Assembly (NCBI GenBank): GCA_045645285.1
Contig: JAZRIL010000006.1
Location: 1,185 to 65,184 of the forward strand
Length of the DNA stretch: 64,000 nucleotides
Reading direction: 5' to 3'
Source of the DNA: Elusimicrobiaceae bacterium
Lineage (GTDB): Bacteria > Elusimicrobiota > Elusimicrobia > Elusimicrobiales > Elusimicrobiaceae
A program made the translations under genes and the position numbers. The notes under the pieces were generated by a model, which saw only the letters and a program-made list of their open reading frames with translations, was not told where the DNA came from and ran no database searches. Within the stretch, counting starts at the first letter, position 1; each line of letters begins with the position of its first letter. Shown piece by piece: positions 18,383 through 29,110 of this stretch.

Positions 18383-18727
18383 TTAGTCTACTAATTTAAC
18401 AATTGCTACTTCCGCATTATCCCCTTGACGCAGACCTGCACGGTAAATACGGCAGAATCCGCCGGGGCGGTTGGCATAGCGGGCCGCCAACACTTCAAAA
18501 AGTTTTTTGCAAGCAGCGGCATCTTTGAGCGTATCTTTGGCCGCCGTTACGTTGTTGGCTTTCGCCAGGGTAATCAACCCTTCCACCACGCGGCGCACTT
18601 CTTTGGCTTTTTGCAGCGTCGTTTTGACTTCTTCATGCAAAATGATGCTGGTAGCCATGTTGTTTAACATCGCTTTGCGGTGGGAAGAGGTTTTGCCCAA
18701 TTTCCGGTGTCCGGTATTCTTAATCAT
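18383..18727 (-). CDS. rplQ: 50S ribosomal protein L17
   Basis: Contains [18 protein letters not shown] at 18727 with AAGGAG 10 nt upstream. TTG at 18733 is an alternative start. Confidence 0.9.
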   Translation of the reverse strand: MIKNTGHRKLGKTSSHRKAMLNNMATSIILHEEVKTTLQKAKEVRRVVEGLITLAKANNVTAAKDTLKDAAACKKLFEVLAARYANRPGGFCRIYRAGLRQGDNAEVAIVKLVD

Positions 18728-18741
18728 ACTCAAACTACTCC

Positions 18742-19734
18742 TTAAATTTTCATACCTAAAGAAAGATTCATCTCGGCCAATCTTTCTTTGATTTCGTCCA
18801 TAGACTTCGCCCCGAAGTTTTTAATCATTTTCAGATCTTCTTCGGTCATTTTAACGAGGTCGCGCACGGTGTGTACATCTTCCGACTTCAAGCAATTGAT
18901 AGAGCGGGAGGACAACTCAATAAACTCAATAGATTGATTAAGCAGTTCTTCCTGTTTGCTTGTCGTGGTGCCGGAAGCATTGGTAGCGGCCGGGGAATCC
19001 TCGCCGGCTTCATCACCGGAAGTGGCCACGCCGCCTTCTTCGCCTTCAATCGTAAAGATGTGAAGCGAACCGGACAACAAAACCGCCGCCCGGTGTAGCG
19101 CCCGGGCCGGAGCCAAAGTGCCATCGGTGGTGATTTCCAAAATCAAGCGGTCGTAGTCGGTTTTCTGGCCAACGCGGGCCGGTTCCACATCGTAGTGTAC
19201 TTTTACAATCGGCGAGTACAACGCATCTACCGGGATAAACCCGGCCGGGCGCTGCACTTTGGCCAGTTCCTCAGCGGGAACATAGCCCTTACCGCGGGTG
19301 ATTTCAATTTCAATATCCAACGTACCGCCCACTTCCAAAGTGGCGAGCACGAGGTCTTTGTTAATAATTTCTACCCCGTCTACTTCTTCAATATCGGCCG
19401 CCGTTACGACACCGGGTTTGGAGACGTGCAATTGGACATATTCGCGCATTTTGCTTTCCATTTTAACACGCAAGTGCTTGAAGTTAAGCAAAATGTTGAT
19501 GACGTCTTCGCGCACGTTCGGGATGGCACTAAATTCATGCACAGCCCCGGCAATACGCACAGCGCTTACTGCGGCGCCTTCCATACCGGAGAGCAAAATC
19601 CGGCGTAAGGAATTCCCAACGGTGTGCCCGTAACCGCTTTCATACGGTTCGGCCGTAAACTTGCCGTAGAAGTCAGACGCAGTTTTTTCTTCCAATTGAA
19701 TTTTTTGAGGAAGAACCAATTCATTTAAAGCCAT
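18742..19734 (-). CDS. rpoA: DNA-directed RNA polymerase subunit alpha
   Basis: 330 aa containing PYESGYGHTVGNSLRRILLS. Confidence 0.95.
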   Translation of the reverse strand: MALNELVLPQKIQLEEKTASDFYGKFTAEPYESGYGHTVGNSLRRILLSGMEGAAVSAVRIAGAVHEFSAIPNVREDVINILLNFKHLRVKMESKMREYVQLHVSKPGVVTAADIEEVDGVEIINKDLVLATLEVGGTLDIEIEITRGKGYVPAEELAKVQRPAGFIPVDALYSPIVKVHYDVEPARVGQKTDYDRLILEITTDGTLAPARALHRAAVLLSGSLHIFTIEGEEGGVATSGDEAGEDSPAATNASGTTTSKQEELLNQSIEFIELSSRSINCLKSEDVHTVRDLVKMTEEDLKMIKNFGAKSMDEIKERLAEMNLSLGMKI

Positions 19735-19751
19735 TATCAGCCTCCAAACTA

Positions 19752-20381
19752 TTATTTAGAATAGTATTCTACAATGAGTTGTTCATTGACAGGGTAGGAC
19801 ATTTCCGCTCTGTCAGGCCACCGTAACAATTTACCGGTCATCTTTTCGCCGTCATATTCCAAGAAACTGGGGCGTTGGTTGCGTTTTTCCGCTTCCGTTA
19901 AACCTTGTTTGACCATCACGTTTTCCGCCAAGGATTTATCCAAGGTCACTTTGTCACCCAAGCGCAATTGATACGAAGGCACGTTGACGGCTTTACCGTT
20001 GACCGTTACATAACCGTGCAACACCAGTTGACGCGCGGCTTTGAGCGATACGGCAAACCCTAAACGGCGCACCACGTTATCCAAGCGGGTTTCCAATTTG
20101 CGTAGGAAATTTTCCCCGGTTTGGCCTTCGGCTTTAGCGGCCGCGGCAAACAAATTGTGGAACGGAATTTCCGACATGCCAGATTGCCATTTGGCTTTCT
20201 GTTTTTCTTGCAAGCGGATACCGTATTCCGATACTTTGGCTTTGCGCACTTTTCCGCCACGTTTGGTGGCAGCGGCCAACTTGTCCATGACGCAGTTGGT
20301 GTAGCATTTCGTTCCTTTAAGGAATAATTTGCAATCTAATTTTCTGCATTTTTTGCAGGCGGGTCCTGTATATCTAGACAT
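19752..20381 (-). CDS. rpsD: 30S ribosomal protein S4
   Basis: 209 aa starting MSRYTGPACKKCR. Confidence 0.95.
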   Translation of the reverse strand: MSRYTGPACKKCRKLDCKLFLKGTKCYTNCVMDKLAAATKRGGKVRKAKVSEYGIRLQEKQKAKWQSGMSEIPFHNLFAAAAKAEGQTGENFLRKLETRLDNVVRRLGFAVSLKAARQLVLHGYVTVNGKAVNVPSYQLRLGDKVTLDKSLAENVMVKQGLTEAEKRNQRPSFLEYDGEKMTGKLLRWPDRAEMSYPVNEQLIVEYYSK

Positions 20382-20386
20382 AAAAA

Positions 20387-20809
20387 TTATACTCTCCTGG
20401 CTTTAGGCGGTCTGCATCCGTTATGCGGGATGGGGGTGATGTCTTTAATGGAAGACACGATGAGTCCGGCTTGTTGCACGGCACGAACAGCCGTTTCACG
20501 GCCCTGGCCGGGCCCGCAAACTTTTACGGCAACTTCGCGCATCCCTAACGCATATGCTTTTTCGGCGGCTTTGTTGCTGGTGATTTGCGCCGCGAACGGG
20601 GTGCTTTTTTTGGTGCCTTTGAAACCATGGGAACCGGCGGTGGACCAGGCAACGGTGTTGCCTTTGTCATCAGACACGGTTACGATGGTGTTGTTAAACG
20701 AGCAATAAATATGCACGACGCCAAAAGCCGGGGCTTTGGAGTTTTTCTTTTTCGCTTTTGCCGCAGGCGCTTGGGCCGGAGCGGCGGTTGTTACTTTTTC
20801 TTCTGCCAT
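20387..20809 (-). CDS. rpsK: 30S ribosomal protein S11
   Basis: 140 aa containing [15 protein letters not shown]. Confidence 0.95.
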   Translation of the reverse strand: MAEEKVTTAAPAQAPAAKAKKKNSKAPAFGVVHIYCSFNNTIVTVSDDKGNTVAWSTAGSHGFKGTKKSTPFAAQITSNKAAEKAYALGMREVAVKVCGPGQGRETAVRAVQQAGLIVSSIKDITPIPHNGCRPPKARRV

Positions 20810-20828
20810 AGTAAATTCCTTCTAAAAG

Positions 20829-21203
20829 TTATTTGGTTTTAGAACCCACGGTTTTTCTTCTGCCGCGGCGGGTTCTGCTGTTGGTTTTGGTGCGTTGGCC
20901 GCGTACCGGCAAATTGCGGCGGTGGCGCTGCCCACGATAGGAGCCGATTTCAATAGCGCGGTGAATGTTTTGCGCCACTTCACGGCGAAGTTCACCTTCC
21001 ACTTTGTATTCTTTCTGCAAAATGGTGTTTAAGAGACCGGCTTGTTGTTCGGTCAAATCTTTCACGCGGGTAGCGGGATCAATTTGGCCTTCTACTTTGG
21101 CAAGCACTTCTTTGGCGTTCTTTTTGCCGATGCCGTAGATGTATTCCAACGCGACATCAATTCTTTTATTTTTCGGTAAATCAATACCTGCGACTCTAGC
21201 CAT
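20829..21203 (-). CDS. rpsM: 30S ribosomal protein S13
   Basis: 124 aa starting [14 protein letters not shown]. Confidence 0.95.
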   Translation of the reverse strand: MARVAGIDLPKNKRIDVALEYIYGIGKKNAKEVLAKVEGQIDPATRVKDLTEQQAGLLNTILQKEYKVEGELRREVAQNIHRAIEIGSYRGQRHRRNLPVRGQRTKTNSRTRRGRRKTVGSKTK

Positions 21204-21226
21204 AATTCTTGTTAGACTCCTCTAAA

Positions 21227-21340
21227 TTAACCTTGGCGTTGTTTGTGTTTTGCGACTTCGCAAACCACACGGACTACGCCGTTGCGTTTAATAATTTTGC
21301 ATTTCTGACATATCTTTTTTACACTGGCTCTGACTTTCAT
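21227..21340 (-). CDS. rpmJ: 50S ribosomal protein L36
   Basis: Not in the ORF track. My translation is [37 protein letters not shown]. Confidence 0.93.
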   Translation of the reverse strand: MKVRASVKKICQKCKIIKRNGVVRVVCEVAKHKQRQG

Positions 21341-21553
21341 TTATTTCTCCCTATAAGTTATTCTTCCTCGGGATAAATCGTACGGAGATAACTCCAATCT
21401 CACGCTGTCGCCCGGAAGAATTCTTATATGATGAACTCTCATTTTGCCGGATATGTGCCCCAGAATTACTTTGCCGCCGGCGATTTCAATTTTAAACATC
21501 GCGTTTGGCAACGCTTCTAAGACCTTACCCTCAACTTCTATTTTGTCACTCAT
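21341..21553 (-). CDS. infA: translation initiation factor IF-1
   Basis: Internal start gives the 70-aa [24 protein letters not shown]... Confidence 0.93.
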   Translation of the reverse strand: MSDKIEVEGKVLEALPNAMFKIEIAGGKVILGHISGKMRVHHIRILPGDSVRLELSPYDLSRGRITYREK

Positions 21554-21618
21554 ACAACTCCGAGTTCGGATAAATTTCAGAAAAACACCCCGGCACACTA
21601 CTACCCGTGCCCGGCGTG

Positions 21619-22371
21619 CTATTCAAAAGCAGTAAGAATCTCACTGCCGTTAGCGGTAACGGCTACCGTGTGTTCAAAATGGGCCGCATAACTGCCGTCC
21701 AACGTGACCACCGTCCAACCGTCATCCAACTCCCTGACTTTATAAGTTCCCGCAGTCAACATGGGCTCAATCGCGAGCGTCATCCCCGCTTCCAACACCG
21801 GGCCTGTACCCGGTTTGCCGAAGTTAGGGATGCTCGGTTCTTCGTGCATATTGCGGCCGATTCCGTGCCCGCAATAGTCACGTACAACGCCCATATCATG
21901 TTGCATGGCAAAAGTTTCCACCGCGTGCTGCGCGTCGCCAAGACGGCGGCCGGGTTTGATTTGCCCGATGGCTTTGTATAACGATTTTTTCGTTACGTCC
22001 ATCAATTTTTGGGCTTCCTCAGAAACTTTTCCCACACCGAGGGTGATTGCGGCATCCGAACAGAAACCGTCAAGGCGGGCTCCTGTATCTATACTGATAA
22101 TATCACCACTCTTTAATATTCTATCTTTTTTTGGGATTCCGTGCACGACTTCTTCATTGACAGACGCGCAAATACTGCCCGGAAACCCATAATAGCCCAG
22201 AAAAAGCGGCGTCGCCCCGAAAGAGCGAATCGTTTTTTCCGCGGACTGATCCAACTCCCACGTAGAAATGCCGGGTTTAACTAACTCGGTCATTTGCTTG
22301 AGTACGGCGGCCGTAACCTTCCCGGCTGCACGCATACGTTGAAGTTCTTGTTCGTTTTTTACTTCTATCAT
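21619..22371 (-). CDS. map: type I methionine aminopeptidase
   Basis: Start [14 protein letters not shown] at 22371, directly after the adk stop. Metal-ligand context [12 protein letters not shown] is present. Confidence 0.92.
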   Translation of the reverse strand: MIEVKNEQELQRMRAAGKVTAAVLKQMTELVKPGISTWELDQSAEKTIRSFGATPLFLGYYGFPGSICASVNEEVVHGIPKKDRILKSGDIISIDTGARLDGFCSDAAITLGVGKVSEEAQKLMDVTKKSLYKAIGQIKPGRRLGDAQHAVETFAMQHDMGVVRDYCGHGIGRNMHEEPSIPNFGKPGTGPVLEAGMTLAIEPMLTAGTYKVRELDDGWTVVTLDGSYAAHFEHTVAVTANGSEILTAFE

Positions 22372-22372
22372 G

Positions 22373-23005
22373 TTACTTCTCAAGGATTTTTTGAATATCC
22401 TCAAAAACTTTTTCCGGCGTTTGATGGCCGTTTACTTCCACATATTTGCCGCTGTTTTGGTAATAATTTTTTACCGGGAGCGTGCTTTGCCGGTATACTT
22501 CCAACCGGCGGGCCGCCTTTTCCGGCGTATCGTCGGCACGGGTATATAATTCCCCACCGCACGCACTACATTTTTCAGCCGGATTTTTTAAATCCACCCG
22601 GGCAATCGCCCCGCATTTTCTGCACTGTTTGCGCGAGCAAATGCGGTTGACGACTTCCTCTTGCGGCAAGTCAATCATAATTACATGGGTCACTTCACGT
22701 TGCAAACGTTGCATCATTTTATCCAACGCCTCGGCTTGTGCCACCGTGCGCGGGAAACCGTCAAAAATAATGCCTTTGTCCGTTGATTTAACAATGTTTT
22801 CCAACATCGCAATCATCAGTTCATCGGGCACCAAATTGCCTTGATTGACAATCCCGGCAATTTGTTTACCCAACGCCGAACCGGACGCCATTTCCGCCCG
22901 GAGCACATCCCCCGTAGAAATGTGATACAACGGAAAAGTTTGTAACAACTTTGCCGATTGCGTCCCTTTACCGGCACCCGGACAACCCATTAAAATTATG
23001 TTCAT
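22373..23005 (-). CDS. adk: adenylate kinase (zinc-lid type)
   Basis: ATG at 23005 gives MNIILMGCPGAGKGTQ. CxxC...CxxC lid is present. The track start at 23017 is TTG. Confidence 0.93.
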   Translation of the reverse strand: MNIILMGCPGAGKGTQSAKLLQTFPLYHISTGDVLRAEMASGSALGKQIAGIVNQGNLVPDELMIAMLENIVKSTDKGIIFDGFPRTVAQAEALDKMMQRLQREVTHVIMIDLPQEEVVNRICSRKQCRKCGAIARVDLKNPAEKCSACGGELYTRADDTPEKAARRLEVYRQSTLPVKNYYQNSGKYVEVNGHQTPEKVFEDIQKILEK

Positions 23006-23035
23006 AAAAACTCTCAAACACTTCTTTTAGTTTTG

Positions 23036-23268
23036 TGAAATTTGGAGACGGCTAAAAGCAACTCCCAAAAATCTTTTCCTACAAAAACCGGAACAGTCTA
23101 TGGGTTTTTGAGGAGATTGCTAGGAGTCTAGCTGCGAAATACTCCAAAATCCCAAACCATCAACTTCGTATTTTTTGAGATTTTGAGGGAATTTCTAGGC
23201 GCTTAGGAACGAAGCGTATAAAAGAAATACGCGAGTTCCGTAGCAACACCGAAATTCCCCAAAATCAC
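23036..23268. repeat. three tandem family-2-type palindromic units in the secY-adk spacer
   Basis: Units at 23038..23072, 23102..23158 (contains GCTAGgagtCTAGC) and 23179..23266. The last has TIRs GATTTTGAGGGAATTTC / GAAATTCCCCAAAATC, a TAGGCG box and a CAACAC box. Confidence 0.65.
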
Positions 23269-23275
23269 ATAAAAA

Positions 23276-24613
23276 CTACTGGCCGACGTTGAACCAGCGG
23301 CCTTTAATCCGTTTGGACCCTTTCATCAGCGGTTCATAATTGCGGGCCAACAAGTGTGCTTGCACCTGGCCGACCGTATCCAACGCTACACCGACTACGA
23401 TGAGTAGCGCTGTACCGCCGAAATAGAAGTCCACATTAAAATACGAGCGGAAGAAGTCCGGCAATACCGCTACCAAACATACAAAAATGGCACCGCAGAA
23501 TGTTAAGCGGTTCATCACCCATTCAATGTAATTTTTGGTCGGTTCACCGGGACGAATTCCGGGAATAAAACCACCCCATTTCTTCATGTTATCGGCTAAA
23601 TCCGACGGGTTAATCGTCATAGAGTTATAGAAATAGCAGAAGAAAATGATGAGCGCCGAGAAAATCAGCATGTACCACAGGTTACTATGGTTCATCGCGC
23701 TGAGAATTTTCTGCGCCCAAGGGGCCTCTTGGTTAAAACTGGCAATCGTAAGCGGCAAGGAAATTACGGACGAGGCAAAGATTACCGCAATCACACCGCT
23801 CTGGTCAATCTTGAGCGGCAAGTAACTGGTTTGCCCGCCGTACGATTTATTGCCCACTTGACGTTTGGCATACTGTACCGGGATTTGGCGTTGGGCCGTT
23901 TCCAGCCATACCACCAAAGCCGTAATCACCGCGACTGCACCGAAAATGACTAACGCCATAAAGAAATCCATTTCGTCGGTTTGGACGCGTTGGACAATTT
24001 CCATAATGGCACTGGGCAAGCGGTCTACGATACCCGCAAAAATGATCAGCGAGATACCGTTTCCCACGCCTTTTTCGGTGATTTGTTCACCCAGCCACAT
24101 CACAAACATCGTGCCGGCGGCCAAGGTGAGCACCGTGGTAACAAAAAACATAAAGGACGGATTAACAACCGCCGGAACGTTGCCTGCTCCCGTTACACGG
24201 GTAATGGCAAACGTCATCATAGATCCTTGCAATACGGCCAAGAACAGTGCAAAAATACGGGTAATCTGGTTTTCTTTTCTTCTGCCGGATTCCCCTTCTT
24301 TGTGCATACGGTCCAATGCCGGGAAAATATGCGCCCCGCGCACTAACCCCATGATGATGGAAGCGTTAATATACGGCATGATACCCAAAGCCAAAATGGA
24401 AAAGCGCCCCAAGGCCCCGCCCGAAAAGATATTCATAAAACCTAAAATACCGTTTTGGTGGGCATTGAACAACTGTTGGAGCACCGTCGCATTGATGCCG
24501 GGTATAGGGATTGCAGCCGCAATCCGGAAAACAGCCAACGCACCGAACACAAAAAGCAAACGCTTTTTGAGTTCGGGTGCGTTAAAAATATTTGCAACTG
24601 TATTATTTGCCAT
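23276..24613 (-). CDS. secY: preprotein translocase subunit SecY
   Basis: 445-aa polytopic protein in the spc operon position. Confidence 0.95.
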   Translation of the reverse strand: MANNTVANIFNAPELKKRLLFVFGALAVFRIAAAIPIPGINATVLQQLFNAHQNGILGFMNIFSGGALGRFSILALGIMPYINASIIMGLVRGAHIFPALDRMHKEGESGRRKENQITRIFALFLAVLQGSMMTFAITRVTGAGNVPAVVNPSFMFFVTTVLTLAAGTMFVMWLGEQITEKGVGNGISLIIFAGIVDRLPSAIMEIVQRVQTDEMDFFMALVIFGAVAVITALVVWLETAQRQIPVQYAKRQVGNKSYGGQTSYLPLKIDQSGVIAVIFASSVISLPLTIASFNQEAPWAQKILSAMNHSNLWYMLIFSALIIFFCYFYNSMTINPSDLADNMKKWGGFIPGIRPGEPTKNYIEWVMNRLTFCGAIFVCLVAVLPDFFRSYFNVDFYFGGTALLIVVGVALDTVGQVQAHLLARNYEPLMKGSKRIKGRWFNVGQ

Positions 24614-25074
24614 TATTTGGTCTTCTGTTCAAGTACAGTCACAGTGCCGCCGGCTTTTTCAATCGCCGCTTTGGCAGTGGCGGAAAAACCGTGCGCGGAC
24701 ACTTTAAGCGCTTTGGTGAGCGTGCCGTTAGCCAGCACTTTCACGCGGGTAACATCGTGGATGATACCGGCTTTTTTCAGCGCTTCGGGGGTCACTTCCG
24801 TTCCCGCCGCAAAAACTTTTTCCAACGAGCCAACGTTTACATAATCGTACCGTTTGGCAAAATCTTTATTGGAAAAACCGCTCTTAGGCGTATGGCGGAT
24901 TAAAGGCATCTGCCCGCCTTCTTTGCTTTCTTTGCGGCTGTTACCGGAGCGGGAGGTTTGTCCTTTCATCCCTTTGGTGCAGTAGTTGCCCAAACCGGAA
25001 CCCGGGCCGATACCTAAGCGTCTTCTTTCTTTTCTGGACCCATGTTTAGGGAAAAGTGTGTTCAAATTTACCAT
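24613..25074 (-). CDS. rplO: 50S ribosomal protein L15
   Basis: 153 aa containing RRLGIGPGSGLG. Confidence 0.93.
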   Translation of the reverse strand: MVNLNTLFPKHGSRKERRRLGIGPGSGLGNYCTKGMKGQTSRSGNSRKESKEGGQMPLIRHTPKSGFSNKDFAKRYDYVNVGSLEKVFAAGTEVTPEALKKAGIIHDVTRVKVLANGTLTKALKVSAHGFSATAKAAIEKAGGTVTVLEQKTK

Positions 25075-25091
25075 ATTCTTTCTCCTCCAAA

Positions 25092-25694
25092 CTATTCGGC
25101 CTTAGCGGTTTCGGTTTTCACTTCTTCCGCTTTCGGGGCTTCCTGGGCCGGCGCGGCTTTACCGCGCAAGACGTTGACGGCCTCTTTGCTTTTAAGTTGT
25201 TTAAAAGCCTCTAACGTGGCATAAACCAAGTTGCACGGGTTGGTGCTGCCCAGACTTTTGGCCAGAACGTCTTTGATGCCGGCGGCTTCAAACAACAGCC
25301 GCACACCGCTACCCGCGATTACACCCGTACCGGGAGCGGCCGGTTTCATCCAAACCGACGCAGCCCCGAACTTACCAATCGTTTCGTGCGGAATCGTTTC
25401 GCCGACGATCGGGAACGTAATCATGTGTTTACGCGCATGGGATTCAGCCTTGGCAATTGCCAACTGAACCTGATTCGCCTTGCCAATAGCAACGCCCACT
25501 TTACCCATGCCGTTTCCGACAACCACCAGCGCACGGAAGCCAAAGCGTTTACCGCCTTTGACTACCTTGGCCGTGCGGGCTACGTGGATAACCGTGGTCT
25601 TACCTTCTACCGCCGGTCTTGCTTTTTGAAACTCGGCTCTTTTGCCTTTCGCTTCTTTTTTGTTTTCGCTTTTCACGAGCGTTTCATTGGACAT
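25092..25694 (-). CDS. rpsE: 30S ribosomal protein S5 (with N- and C-terminal extensions)
   Basis: ATG at 25694 with AGGTG 6 nt upstream; the track start at 25703 is GTG. Contains [18 protein letters not shown]. Confidence 0.92.
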   Translation of the reverse strand: MSNETLVKSENKKEAKGKRAEFQKARPAVEGKTTVIHVARTAKVVKGGKRFGFRALVVVGNGMGKVGVAIGKANQVQLAIAKAESHARKHMITFPIVGETIPHETIGKFGAASVWMKPAAPGTGVIAGSGVRLLFEAAGIKDVLAKSLGSTNPCNLVYATLEAFKQLKSKEAVNVLRGKAAPAQEAPKAEEVKTETAKAE

Positions 25695-25710
25695 TAAATT
25701 CACCTGTAAC

Positions 25711-26076
25711 TTAGAATTTCAATCCTGCTTCTCTGGCAGAATCGGCTAATGCTTTAATTCTGCCATGGTAGACGCGTCCACCGCGATCAAACATCACTTC
25801 GCTGATGCCTTTTTCCAAGGCCTTTTTGGCAATGGCAGCACCGAGGGCCTTAGCGGCTTCAATGCTTTTGCCGGACGCTTCAAACTTGCCTTCAAATTCT
25901 TTGGACAACGTCGTAGCAGACACTAAGGTGCTATGGGTATTGTCGTCAATAATTTGGGCGTAGATGTATTTCAAACTCCGGTATACCGATAAGCGCGGGC
26001 GGTGTGCACCGTTTTTCAACAGGTGCGCCCGGCTGCGGTCTTTACGGAATTGGTATCTTGCTTGTTTAGTAGCCAT
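25711..26076 (-). CDS. rplR: 50S ribosomal protein L18
   Basis: 121 aa; operon position and sequence. Confidence 0.93.
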   Translation of the reverse strand: MATKQARYQFRKDRSRAHLLKNGAHRPRLSVYRSLKYIYAQIIDDNTHSTLVSATTLSKEFEGKFEASGKSIEAAKALGAAIAKKALEKGISEVMFDRGGRVYHGRIKALADSAREAGLKF

Positions 26077-26078
26077 AA

Positions 26079-26630
26079 TTATTTACCTCCTGCCGCAGTC
26101 TTACCGGCTTTGCGAGCAATATGTTCGCCTTGGTATTTAATACCGCTGCCTTTGTAGGGCTCCGGAGGACGAATTCTTCTGATTTTGGCGGCAAAGTCAC
26201 CGACTTTAAATTTGTCGCTTCCTTTAACCGTTACCGCACCGGATTTCGGATCTACCACGACGGTTAAACCTTCGGGGATATCCAAATTGACCGGGTGGGA
26301 AAACCCAAGTTCCAAATTGAGTTTTTTGCCAGCCACTGACGCGCGGTAACCCAGCCCATTGATTTCCAATACTTTGGAAAATCCGTTCGTTACGCCTTCA
26401 ATGATATTGAAAACGTTAGCGCGGGTGGTGCCGTGCAAGGCGTTGAGTTCTTTAACCCGGTTTTCCGGGATGGAGAACGTCAAGTTGCCGTCTTTAAGTT
26501 CCGCGGTAATACCGGCCGGAATCGTGTAAGAGAGCGTGCCCAACGCGCCCGTAGCGGTGATTAAATTATCTTTTACTTCCACTTTGGTTTTAGCGGGAAT
26601 AGCAATTACTTTTTTACCAATTCTGCTCAT
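26079..26630 (-). CDS. rplF: 50S ribosomal protein L6
   Basis: 183 aa starting [12 protein letters not shown]. Confidence 0.94.
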   Translation of the reverse strand: MSRIGKKVIAIPAKTKVEVKDNLITATGALGTLSYTIPAGITAELKDGNLTFSIPENRVKELNALHGTTRANVFNIIEGVTNGFSKVLEINGLGYRASVAGKKLNLELGFSHPVNLDIPEGLTVVVDPKSGAVTVKGSDKFKVGDFAAKIRRIRPPEPYKGSGIKYQGEHIARKAGKTAAGGK

Positions 26631-26639
26631 AATTCCCCC

Positions 26640-27032
26640 TTACCAAACTTGACACAATAATTCGCCGCCGATTTTTTCGGCTTTGGCTTGCGCGTCCGTC
26701 ATAACACCTTTGGAGGTGGACAAAATCGTCACCCCGAAGGCACCGCGGACTTTCGGGATATTGTTGTACGCGCTGTAAACACGGGAACCCGGCTTGGAAA
26801 TGCGTTTCAAGCCCTGGATTACACATTCGTTTTCCGGCGTGTATTTCAAAAATACCCGAACGACGCCGCCCTTCGTTTCATTATGAACGGCTTTGAAATT
26901 GGCGATATACCCTTCTTCTTTGAGTACGCGCGCAATTTCGGTTTTGATTTTAGAAAAAGGAATATCCACTTTTTCTTTTTTCTTCATATTGGCGTTTCTT
27001 ATTCTGGTTAAGAAATCTGCAATCGGATCCAT
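26640..27032 (-). CDS. rpsH: 30S ribosomal protein S8
   Basis: 130 aa containing DPIADFLTRIRNA. Confidence 0.95.
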   Translation of the reverse strand: MDPIADFLTRIRNANMKKKEKVDIPFSKIKTEIARVLKEEGYIANFKAVHNETKGGVVRVFLKYTPENECVIQGLKRISKPGSRVYSAYNNIPKVRGAFGVTILSTSKGVMTDAQAKAEKIGGELLCQVW

Positions 27033-27105
27033 ATATTTAGGTCACCGTCCCAAGCCACTTTCTTTTTTAAGAGTTGGCCCGAAAGCGGAAACCTCCTCCT
27101 GTAAA

Positions 27106-27291
27106 TTACCAACTTGATTTTCTCAGACCCGGGATTAAACCCTGGTGTGCCATTTTTCTCAGGCAGATACGGCAGAGGCCGAAGTCGCGATAATACCCGC
27201 GCGCACGTCCGCAGATTTGGCAGCGGTTGTGGTAGCGTACGGCGAACTTTTGGTCTTTAGCCATTTTTGCAACCCATGCTTTAGTAGCCAT
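27106..27291 (-). CDS. rpsN: 30S ribosomal protein S14 type Z (zinc-binding)
   Basis: 61 aa with CxxC...CxxC ([20 protein letters not shown]). Confidence 0.93.
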   Translation of the reverse strand: MATKAWVAKMAKDQKFAVRYHNRCQICGRARGYYRDFGLCRICLRKMAHQGLIPGLRKSSW

Positions 27292-27308
27292 AAAGTTTTT
27301 TGCTCCTC

Positions 27309-27902
27309 TTATTTGGTCGCCTTGCGGAACGGCAAGCCCATGTAATCCATGAGCATGCGGCCGGTTTGGTCGTTCTGGGCCGTGGTAACGAACGTAATGT
27401 TCATACCGTGAGCCTTGGGCGATTTTTCCACGTCAATTTCCGGGAAAATATAATGTTCTTTAATCCCCAAGTTCAAATTGCCTTTGCCGTCAAAACTGGC
27501 ATTGAAGCCCTGAAAGTCGCGGATGCGCGGGCAGGCAATGCAGATGAAGCGTTCCATGAACTCATACATCTTAGCACCACGCAACGTGACGCGCACGCCA
27601 ATGGGCATCCCTTCTCTAAGTTTGAAGTTAGAGATGGATTTTTTGGCACGGCGCACTTGCGCGGCTTGGCCGGCAATAGCGGTCAAGTCTTCTTTGGCCG
27701 TTTCTAACGCTTTGATGTCTTCGCGGGCATCCTTAACACCGATGTTGATGACAATTTTAGTCATTCTCGGTACAGCCATCGGGCTTTTGACGTTCATGTC
27801 TTTAAGCAAAGCCGGAAGCACTTTTTCTTTATAGAGGGCTTGCAAGCGGGGTTGATACCCGGCGGGCGCCTTCGTTACGGTTTTGGTTTCTTTCTTAGTC
27901 AT
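27309..27902 (-). CDS. rplE: 50S ribosomal protein L5
   Basis: 197 aa; operon position and sequence. Confidence 0.94.
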   Translation of the reverse strand: MTKKETKTVTKAPAGYQPRLQALYKEKVLPALLKDMNVKSPMAVPRMTKIVINIGVKDAREDIKALETAKEDLTAIAGQAAQVRRAKKSISNFKLREGMPIGVRVTLRGAKMYEFMERFICIACPRIRDFQGFNASFDGKGNLNLGIKEHYIFPEIDVEKSPKAHGMNITFVTTAQNDQTGRMLMDYMGLPFRKATK

Positions 27903-27916
27903 GTTACTTACCTAGA

Positions 27917-28225
27917 TTAAATGATCGGCTCATTGCATTTGCGGCAAACACGCGTTTTGGTGCCGTCGGCCGCGACTTGCATCTTGGGCGTCATTGCTTT
28001 TTTGCATTTGGCGCAGACGACCGCTACATTGGACGCATCCAACGCGGCTTCCATCTTAATAATGCCGCCCTGCTTGTTTTGGGAAGGTTTCACGTGTTTG
28101 GAAATCATGTTAATCCCGGCCACTACAACCGTATTTTTGGACGGATTGACCGATTTCACTTCACCCTTCTTGCCTTTGTCCTTGCCGGACAATACTAAAA
28201 CGGTATCTTTTTTCTTGATAATCAT
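27917..28225 (-). CDS. rplX: 50S ribosomal protein L24
   Basis: 102 aa with KOW motif VLSGKDKGKKGEV. Confidence 0.93.
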   Translation of the reverse strand: MIIKKKDTVLVLSGKDKGKKGEVKSVNPSKNTVVVAGINMISKHVKPSQNKQGGIIKMEAALDASNVAVVCAKCKKAMTPKMQVAADGTKTRVCRKCNEPII

Positions 28226-28226
28226 A

Positions 28227-28595
28227 CTATACCACCTCAGGAGCGAGCGAAATAATTTTTAAGAAATTCTTTTCGCGTAACTCTCTGGCAATAGGGCCGA
28301 ATACACGGGTACCTTTGGGTTCGCCATTATCGTTGATGATGCAAACGGCGTTGTCATCAAAACGAATGTACGAACCGTCTTTTCTTCTCTTTTCGCGGGC
28401 TACGCGTACTACGACCGCGCGGACCACGTCGCCTTTTTTAATGGCGGAGGTAGGGATCGCATCTCTGACAGAGCACATAATAACGTCTCCCAAAGTTGCG
28501 ATATCCCGATGGTGGCCGCCGCGCACTTTAAAGCATTGCACTTTACGCGCGCCGGAATTGTCGGCCACATTGACGATGCTTCTTAATTGAATCAT
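28227..28595 (-). CDS. rplN: 50S ribosomal protein L14
   Basis: 122 aa starting [18 protein letters not shown]. Confidence 0.96.
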   Translation of the reverse strand: MIQLRSIVNVADNSGARKVQCFKVRGGHHRDIATLGDVIMCSVRDAIPTSAIKKGDVVRAVVVRVAREKRRKDGSYIRFDDNAVCIINDNGEPKGTRVFGPIARELREKNFLKIISLAPEVV

Positions 28596-28622
28596 ACTTT
28601 TCTAACTCCGTAGTTTTACCAA

Positions 28623-28892
28623 CTAAACTCTAGCTTTTTCCACAATTTTGGAAATGCGCCATTTCGTCGTTTTAGAAACGGGACGGGTGCTCATAATTTC
28701 CACTTTATCGCCGATTTTGGTTTCATTGGCCGCATCGTGCGCGTGGAATTTGGCCGCTCTTTTGAGCGTTTTGCCGTAGCGGGCATCGTGCACCAAGCGT
28801 TCTACGCTAACGGTGCGGGTTTTGTCCATTTTATCGGACACGACGACGCCGGTAAGCACTTTTCTTTTGCCACGAATTTCTTGATTTTCCAT
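28623..28892 (-). CDS. rpsQ: 30S ribosomal protein S17
   Basis: 89 aa; operon position. Confidence 0.93.
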   Translation of the reverse strand: MENQEIRGKRKVLTGVVVSDKMDKTRTVSVERLVHDARYGKTLKRAAKFHAHDAANETKIGDKVEIMSTRPVSKTTKWRISKIVEKARV

Positions 28893-28903
28893 GGTGTAAA
28901 CCT

Positions 28904-29107
28904 CTATTTTTGCTCTTTCTTCTGGTTAATCAGCGTTTGCAAAAGAGCAATTTCGCGTCTGACAGCGCGGATTTCCATCGGGTTGGCGATGGGCGTCGTG
29001 CTGTGTTTGAAAAGAAGGTTGAATTTCTTTTCTTGGGCTTTGCTAAGCGCTTCGCTGAGTTCGGCCACGGTTTTGTTTTTCAGGGCTTGTTTTTCGTTCG
29101 TTTTCAT
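28904..29107 (-). CDS. rpmC: 50S ribosomal protein L29
   Basis: 67 aa; operon position. Confidence 0.9.
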   Translation of the reverse strand: MKTNEKQALKNKTVAELSEALSKAQEKKFNLLFKHSTTPIANPMEIRAVRREIALLQTLINQKKEQK

Positions 29108-29110
29108 AAA

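Noticed and set aside
25075-25091. Looked for rpmD (L30) between rpsE and rplO.
   Set aside because: The gap is only 17 bp, so the gene is absent at this locus. This is reported under the ribosomal protein finding, not as a feature.
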